Shown piece after piece: positions 26,494-32,000 of a stretch of DNA of 32,000 nt (positions within the stretch are counted from its first letter, which is position 1; every line of letters begins with the position of its first letter). Source of the stretch: Chlamydiales bacterium (GTDB taxonomy: Bacteria; Chlamydiota; Chlamydiia; Chlamydiales; SM23-39); contig OZ253438.1 in the NCBI GenBank assembly GCA_965261025.1, positions 540,001 to 572,000 of the forward strand, read 5' to 3'. The notes beneath the pieces were generated by a model. That model ran no database searches. It had not been told where the DNA came from and worked only from the letters and a program-made list of their open reading frames with translations. The translations under genes and the position numbers were made by a program.

Positions 26494-26749
26494 AATCTCC
26501 CTTGATTTAGTTCAAAATGACATGGCCTGATGGACCTATAAGAGGACTTCAGTAGGTGAACTTGAGAAAGTCTATTACTTGGAATTAGAATGTAGGAAAA
26601 ATTCGGATACCTATTTAAGATCCACGTCTGAGCTTTAAAGACCGCTTATTTCCCAAAATTGGGAAAAGGGCACTTCCTGAAAAAATTTTGCTCCGTCAGC
26701 TCTCTCTTCTCCTTGCAAAATAAAGAAAAAGAAAGAAAAATGAGGCTCT

Positions 26750-27394
26750 ATGAAAAAATACTTTTTCACAGGGCTAGTAATCCTTTTACCCTTGACGGTG
26801 ACTATTGCCGTTGTCGTGTTCTTGGTTAACCTCCTTACTAAGCCTTTTCTTGGTTTTGTAAGCCATTTTCTCTCCCTGACTAAGTTACAAAACTTCCAGC
26901 TCTTCATGATTCCCCCAGAAAAGCTCATCCGCTATGGCAGTCAGTTTCTAATTATAGTGGGACTTTTTTTTATTACTCTTTTGCTAGGGTTAATTGGAAG
27001 ATGGGTCATATTTCGGTTTTTCTTCTCAATTTCTGACAAGATTATACAGAAAATTCCTTTAGTGAATAAAGTTTATAAAACTACGCAAGATATTATTAAA
27101 AATTTGTTTGCTTCGGATAAAAACTCCTTTAAGCAGGTCGTAATGGCTCCTTTTCCTTACAAAGGAGTTTATTCTATTGGTCTCATTGCGGGAGATTCCC
27201 CTGAAAATTGTAAAGCTTCCTTGCAGGCTTCTTTGGTTTCTGTCTTTATTCCGACCACTCCAAATCCTACTACGGGCTTTCTTTTATTATTTAAAAAGGA
27301 GGATTTAATCTTTATTGATATGAAAACAGAAGAAGCGGTCAAATATATCGTTTCTTGTGGGGTAATCATCCCTGAAAAAAAAGGAGAAGAATGA
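26750..27394 (+). CDS. DUF502-family membrane protein (paralog 1)
   Basis: MKKYFFTGLVILLPLTVTI, the P.VN.VY motif and the C-terminal IPTTPNPTTGFLLLF......IDM..EEA.K.IVS.G match the remembered DUF502/COG2928 pattern. Confidence 0.8.
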   Translation: MKKYFFTGLVILLPLTVTIAVVVFLVNLLTKPFLGFVSHFLSLTKLQNFQLFMIPPEKLIRYGSQFLIIVGLFFITLLLGLIGRWVIFRFFFSISDKIIQKIPLVNKVYKTTQDIIKNLFASDKNSFKQVVMAPFPYKGVYSIGLIAGDSPENCKASLQASLVSVFIPTTPNPTTGFLLLFKKEDLIFIDMKTEEAVKYIVSCGVIIPEKKGEE

Positions 27395-28017
27395 AACGCT
27401 ATTTTTTCACAGGATTGATCATCTTGCTTCCTCTTGCTCTAACTCTTTGGCTTTTCTGGTACTTGCTAGATCTTTTTACAGCCCCTTTTCTCCCTTTTTT
27501 ATTACAAAAATTCTCCTTGCACTACCCCTCTATCCCCTTTGATTTCATTATTTTTCTTTCTCGTTTAACTATCTTGTTTTTATTAACTCTCTTCACTTTT
27601 TTCTTAGGGATTATTGCAAGGTGGTTTTTTATTCGTTCCTTAATCCAGCTTACGCAGAAAATTTTTTCTAAGCTTCCTGTAATTCGCACTGTATATAGAG
27701 TATCCAAGGATATTATTAGCGCTTTTTTTTCAGAAAAAAAGGCAAAAGCTTTTCGAAACCCTATTATTATTCCTTTCCCAGAGGAAAATACTCATTCAAT
27801 TGGCTTTGAAACAGGAGTTGTCCCCTTTTGTTGCCAAGAAAAAATAAAAGACCCTTTAAAAACCGTCTTTGTACCAACGGCTCCGCACCCCATATCCGGT
27901 TATCTGCTCATGGTACCAGAAAAAAATTTAAAAAATCTTTCTATGACAAACGAAGAAGCCTTAAAATTTACTATTTCCTGTGGCCTGGTAACTTCTACGA
28001 ATCATTCCCCCAATTAA
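27391..28017 (+). CDS. DUF502-family membrane protein (paralog 2)
   Basis: MKRYFFTGLIILLPLALTLW, PVIRTVY and VPTAPHPISGYLLMV......LSMTNEEALKFTISCG are present. It has an ATGA overlap with paralog 1. Confidence 0.8.
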   Translation: MKRYFFTGLIILLPLALTLWLFWYLLDLFTAPFLPFLLQKFSLHYPSIPFDFIIFLSRLTILFLLTLFTFFLGIIARWFFIRSLIQLTQKIFSKLPVIRTVYRVSKDIISAFFSEKKAKAFRNPIIIPFPEENTHSIGFETGVVPFCCQEKIKDPLKTVFVPTAPHPISGYLLMVPEKNLKNLSMTNEEALKFTISCGLVTSTNHSPN

Positions 28018-28032
28018 TTTCCTTTAAAATCT

Positions 28033-29295
28033 TTAGGAAAGAATCTTTTGATCTAGGAAATTTCTTGGGATCTTCCCCATTTGAAAAGCAGCATAAAACC
28101 AAAGAAGAGAAACTATCCCCAACAAAATGGTAGAAAAAAGCAGGGGCTTTATAGAAAAAAAACTCGGAAAAAAAAGGAGGAAAAAAGAAGCAAGGGCTTT
28201 TGCACTTCTATAGGCAAAAACATCAATAAAGGCCTTTACCCGAAACTTTTCATCCAGAGGTAAAGGAGCGTATAAAAGCTCTCTTAATACCCCAAAGAAA
28301 GAGTAATCTACTGATTTTAGACTCACATAAGAATAGGAAACAGTGGAAAGGGAAGGGAATAAAAAAGTCATAAAAATATTACACCCTAAAAAAAGGGGGA
28401 TCATGCAATGGCCTACAGCAGGAGCTATCCAAGATAATAAAAAAATTCCCAGTAAAACCTGGAAGGAAGTAGAGACTAGGTTAGTAACAGATACTACCCT
28501 AGCATAATACTGAGTTCTAAAATCTAAATCTTGAATGGCACCTTCCAAAAAAGATCCAAACTGAAAGTCAATCAAAGCAACGGATGTTTGCATAGAAATT
28601 ACTAAAAAAAGAAGAAGAAAAAGGTATTTGGAAGAAACTATCTTTCCCACAACAGAAAAACCTTTGGAAGAGGCAGAAAAGAGATTTTTTCCTTGAGATA
28701 CCTCGCTCCTTCTATAAGCAAAGCGGTAAGCAAAAAATACAACCAAGTAAAAGGGAACTGTTAAAATCAATAATTTTTCTGATCCAGTATGAATTGCTAA
28801 AAAACCCGGAAAAAGACTGCCTATAACAGAGCCTACCCCTCCTGCTGCAAAAATAATTCCATATAAGCTCTTAGCTGAGGAGGAGGGTATAGTAGAATGA
28901 ATCATCGACCAGAGTTGTTTGAACATAAAAAGAATGTAGATATCCTTCCAGATAAAGTGAAAAAAAGAAATGCTGGGATAATCTTTGATAAACCAAAAGC
29001 TAATACAGCTAATTCCCATCACAAAACAGACAAAAGCCCGAAAAAATCGATAAGCCCCTATTTTCGGTAGCACCCAGTTATAAAAAGAGATAATCCCTAA
29101 ATTTAGAAGAAGGGAAAATAGCCATGCATAAGGGAAGAGTTTGGCAGAAAAATGGGTAATAAAAAAGGCATTGCTAGTGGGTCTGCTTACACCATATTCT
29201 GCACTGATGAAAAAACCACAAAGCATCGCAGCAAAAAAAAAGAACTTTTTAGTAGATATAAGTCCTTTGTAGTGTGCTTTTACCTGACTAAACAT
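28033..29295 (-). CDS. TLC (ATP/ADP-translocase / Npt-like) family membrane transporter, short form; substrate unknown
   Basis: There are about 11-12 TM segments. WKDIYILFMFKQLWSMIHSTIPSSSAKSLYGIIFAAGGVGSVIGS parallels chlamydial Npt ELWGSV.LSL.FW.FANEI....EAKRFY.LFG.GAN. YAPLPLDEKFRVKAFIDVFAYRSAKA parallels YIPLD.E.K.KGKAAIDVV..R.GKS. This comparison is from memory, not an alignment. Confidence 0.6.
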   Translation of the reverse strand: MFSQVKAHYKGLISTKKFFFFAAMLCGFFISAEYGVSRPTSNAFFITHFSAKLFPYAWLFSLLLNLGIISFYNWVLPKIGAYRFFRAFVCFVMGISCISFWFIKDYPSISFFHFIWKDIYILFMFKQLWSMIHSTIPSSSAKSLYGIIFAAGGVGSVIGSLFPGFLAIHTGSEKLLILTVPFYLVVFFAYRFAYRRSEVSQGKNLFSASSKGFSVVGKIVSSKYLFLLLFLVISMQTSVALIDFQFGSFLEGAIQDLDFRTQYYARVVSVTNLVSTSFQVLLGIFLLSWIAPAVGHCMIPLFLGCNIFMTFLFPSLSTVSYSYVSLKSVDYSFFGVLRELLYAPLPLDEKFRVKAFIDVFAYRSAKALASFFLLFFPSFFSIKPLLFSTILLGIVSLLWFYAAFQMGKIPRNFLDQKILS

Positions 29296-29297
29296 TT

Positions 29298-30593
29298 TTA
29301 CCCCTTGTAATTCTTCAGAGCCTCTAAAAGAAGCTCCTCGTAATCAGGAGAAAAATAAATCCAACTAGAACAAGGATTATTTACCTTGCCCAACAGCTCA
29401 GAACACTCTTTAGCTGTTTCTACCATAAGATGCTTTCTAGAAACAGGAAAACAAAGAGCTTCTTGAGATACAGACGGCTTTTGCTTTTCCCAAGCTACAA
29501 AAGAAGCAGGAATCCCTACCTTCTTACAAAGACTTGCAAAGGATTTCTCAGCCATAGCAAAAGATAAGGGCATCGCTTTAAATCTATGTTCTTTAGATAA
29601 AATCCTCTTCGCTTCTTCATACCCTTTTTTCTCAGGATTTTTGGCACACTGAAAAAGGGCAGATAACACTTCTGTATCTCTATAAGATAGAAAAGTTTCT
29701 ATATCAGTAAGATTTATTCCTTCGAAGAAAAAGGACAAAAACCTTTTCAGGTGAAAATTATATGCCTTCACCGAGGAGTATTGATAAACTCTTTTATGCA
29801 TAAAATGTCTAGCCAGTAAAAGAGCTTCACAAGACTCTACACCATTTTCGTTAATTCCCAAAGCCAACCCCCCTTGCGGACAAGGTAAAATACGAAGCAT
29901 TTCTATAAGCTGTTCATAGTCAAAAAGGCCATAGGCCACTCCAGTGCTTTTCGAGTCTCTCAAGAGATAATCAATTCGGTCGGCTCCAAAAAAATCTCCA
30001 GTAATGATATGGGAGACTATTTTTTCCCAAGGAGTAAGATGTTTTCCAAAAAACTGGTAATACTTTTTTTCTCCTATAGCAATCTTAGCTACATCCTCTC
30101 GAAAATCTCTATCTGGGAAAATTTGAGTAAACTCCTCCTGAATTGGATCGAAAACGGTTTTTAAATAAGAGCTATGGATAATTTGATAAGTCATCCACTC
30201 ATGTCCTTTTTCCCCTAAAAGCTCTTCTTCCGCTACATGAGAAAAAGGGGGATGTCCCAAGTCATGACATAAAGCTGCCAAACGGAGCACCTTTCTCCAA
30301 TAATGGTATTCTTCAGAGCCTTTTCTGGGGACTAGGTCAAAAATATCGGGTCTTACATTTTTACATAAATTATGAAAAATCCGGGTTGCAAGCTCCATTA
30401 CCCCTAAAGAGTGCTCAAAGCGAGTGTGGGTAGCTCCAGGATACACGAGATACGAAAGTCCTAGCTGACGAATATAATGGAGTCTTTGGAAGGGTTCTGA
30501 GCTAATTAATTTTTTTACAGAAGAGCCAAAACGGATAAATCCATGCAAAGAATCATAAATTTTTTTGTCTTTGGAAAGAAAATCCTTACCCAC
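29298..30593 (-). CDS. HD-domain phosphohydrolase of the SAMHD1 / dNTP triphosphohydrolase-like group (COG1078 type)
   Basis: IYDSLHGFIRF......EPFQRLHYIRQLG....YPGATHTRFEHSLGV, CHDLGHPPFSH and GADRIDYLLRDS..TGV are present. Confidence 0.85.
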   Translation of the reverse strand: MGKDFLSKDKKIYDSLHGFIRFGSSVKKLISSEPFQRLHYIRQLGLSYLVYPGATHTRFEHSLGVMELATRIFHNLCKNVRPDIFDLVPRKGSEEYHYWRKVLRLAALCHDLGHPPFSHVAEEELLGEKGHEWMTYQIIHSSYLKTVFDPIQEEFTQIFPDRDFREDVAKIAIGEKKYYQFFGKHLTPWEKIVSHIITGDFFGADRIDYLLRDSKSTGVAYGLFDYEQLIEMLRILPCPQGGLALGINENGVESCEALLLARHFMHKRVYQYSSVKAYNFHLKRFLSFFFEGINLTDIETFLSYRDTEVLSALFQCAKNPEKKGYEEAKRILSKEHRFKAMPLSFAMAEKSFASLCKKVGIPASFVAWEKQKPSVSQEALCFPVSRKHLMVETAKECSELLGKVNNPCSSWIYFSPDYEELLLEALKNYKG

Positions 30594-30666
30594 GGCTCCA
30601 TCTCCTACTAGATCCCCATATTATCGCAAGAAGAGGTTTTCCTTATAGATAGAAAATCTTTTAGAC

Positions 30667-30702
30667 AGAAAGGGGCCTCTATAATAAAAAAGCCCCTTCT
30701 TC
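30667..30702 (-). terminator. Stem-loop downstream of the Nudix gene (weak terminator candidate)
   Basis: AAGGGGC (30670-30676) pairs with GCCCCTT (30692-30698), 7 bp around a 15-nt A/T loop. On the minus strand it is followed by TCTGTCT, so the U-tract is poor. Confidence 0.3.
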
Positions 30703-30722
30703 TTCAAAACCAGTGAAAACTA

Positions 30723-31931
30723 CTAAATCGGCAATAGGTTCGGATTTTTCCTCTGGAGAAAAGCCCCCGAAAATACCCCCAGAAAAAGTAGACCCAAAAG
30801 AACAAAGAGCCTTAAAGCCGCACCAATGACACTAAAGAGGCCGCTTCTATTCTCAATCCTCTTTCCTATAAGGTCGTCTTCGAATGAAATCTTTTTTTCC
30901 CGTTTTCCAGATCCAGTAATAACCGGAAAAAAACTCTTCATAAATCCACTATCAAAGGTCTGTTTTATACGAACACCTAAGTGATAGACCCGAAGAGCCT
31001 CTAAAAAATCCTTAGATAACTTGAATACAGACATAGGAACAAGATCTAAAGAGCCCTTACCTGGCTCAACCTCTATAGAAAGCGTCTTTCCTTCCTTTAT
31101 ATTCTTCACTCTCTTCCAAAAATGGGGACTGCCAATCTGTTCCTTAGAAAGCTCTATATTTTTCCCTTTAGAGTCAAAAAAAAGGATGTTTGGAGGAGTA
31201 AACTTTGTGTGGTAATCTTGGCCCGAAGTAGGGTTTGATCCAATCTGTTCAGAATCGATTTGAGAACCATCAGCACTTAAGTAAAAAGGCCCTTGAGAAC
31301 GAGAAAAAACCCCCTCTTCTTCTTTTGTAAGAGGACTCATAAGAGCAACATCACCCAATCCGGGATCTCTTTTCAAATAGATACGTACATCCTCCAGAGA
31401 TTTTTTCCCGGAGAGAAAGGATTGAAGTGTAGGATGGTTTATGAGACCGTTTTTACCAGTTAAAAATACCCTACACCTACTGGTAATTTTTCCTCCATCT
31501 GTATCTGTTTTAGCTGAAACACCCGAAGCCCTTTCTTCTACCCTACAAAGATACAAGAAATTCAAAGCTGGAGCAAGCCCGTGATTATCAAAACGAAGTC
31601 CTCCTAAGCATGAATCACTTTTTACTCTAAATCCAAGCTCCTCGTAAGCTTCTCTTATCGCCGCCGCCTCTACATCCTCCCCATCTGCTCCACCTCCAGC
31701 AAACTGAATTCTTCCATTTTTGATAATAAAATATAATTCTTGGGAACCATCAAAACTTGTTTTCAAGGGAAAAACTGTTCCCCCCATAACGTAAGATGGA
31801 TTCTGCCCTAAAACATTTTGAAAGACCTTTTGACTATAACAGTGGGTATACTTAATGACTTGATCCCTCGCGCTCTGAGCTATAAGAAGACTTGAACCGG
31901 GGACTTGCATATCTCCAGGGATCAAAGACAT
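30723..31931 (-). CDS. Nudix-box protein with a large uncharacterised C-terminal region and a C-terminal hydrophobic anchor
   Basis: A complete Nudix box is present: G80-x5-E-x7-REAYEELGF (nt 31629-31697; GGGADGEDVEAAAIREAYEELGF). C-terminal residues about 366-393 (LFSVIGAALRLFVLLGLLFLGVFSGAFL) are hydrophobic. There is no signal peptide. The start is ATG 31931 or GTG 31934. Confidence 0.7.
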   Translation of the reverse strand: MSLIPGDMQVPGSSLLIAQSARDQVIKYTHCYSQKVFQNVLGQNPSYVMGGTVFPLKTSFDGSQELYFIIKNGRIQFAGGGADGEDVEAAAIREAYEELGFRVKSDSCLGGLRFDNHGLAPALNFLYLCRVEERASGVSAKTDTDGGKITSRCRVFLTGKNGLINHPTLQSFLSGKKSLEDVRIYLKRDPGLGDVALMSPLTKEEEGVFSRSQGPFYLSADGSQIDSEQIGSNPTSGQDYHTKFTPPNILFFDSKGKNIELSKEQIGSPHFWKRVKNIKEGKTLSIEVEPGKGSLDLVPMSVFKLSKDFLEALRVYHLGVRIKQTFDSGFMKSFFPVITGSGKREKKISFEDDLIGKRIENRSGLFSVIGAALRLFVLLGLLFLGVFSGAFLQRKNPNLLPI

Positions 31932-32000
31932 CACAGGAGCTTGTATACCTATTTGAAACCAAAGAGAAAAAGAGAGAAAATCTTGGTTCTTCGCGCTATT

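Noticed and set aside
26635-26928. 97-aa minus-strand ORF spanning the spacer and the DUF502 start
   Set aside because: It is antisense to a well-supported gene and has no SD or motifs.
1-32000. CRISPR arrays, rRNA genes, further tRNAs, IS elements and large repeats
   Set aside because: Reading both strands, I saw no regularly spaced direct repeats, no rRNA-like conserved blocks and no additional cloverleaf candidates. The only long duplicated segment is the tRNA-Asn 45-mer. Abundant A/T homopolymers reflect base composition.

Overview
The window is low-GC, densely packed bacterial DNA. Its gene content and order look like a member of the Chlamydiae (chlamydia-like organism); I cannot name the species. 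About 23 kb (2.4-25.4 kb) is housekeeping core. In order it carries tRNA-Asn, recD2, metG, a small rpoZ-like ORF, gmk, yicC, a DUF2227 gene, rnhB, rplS, trmD, rpsP, ffh, prmC, prfA, rpmE, a rhomboid-like membrane protein, tadA, rpsO, pnp, a long-form ftsH, tilS and an lptF/lptG-type permease pair. Two accessory-looking regions flank this core. (1) Positions 43-2492 form a roughly 2.3 kb islet next to tRNA-Asn, bounded by a 45-nt direct repeat of the tRNA 3' part. It holds a decayed HigB-like toxin, an intact HigA-family antitoxin, and a same-strand pair made of a Fic-domain protein and an uncharacterised 200-aa protein with a HEPN-like Rx4H motif. No integrase is present. (2) Positions 25.4-32 kb carry a MOMP-like beta-barrel protein, tandem DUF502 paralogs, and a minus-strand run of three genes: a tail-anchored Nudix protein of higher GC, a SAMHD1-type HD phosphohydrolase, and a TLC (ATP/ADP-translocase-like) transporter. 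The HD stop and the transporter start are only 2 nt apart. I found no CRISPR array, rRNA, transposase or integrase. All functional calls come from motif recognition by eye in the supplied translations. No database search was run.
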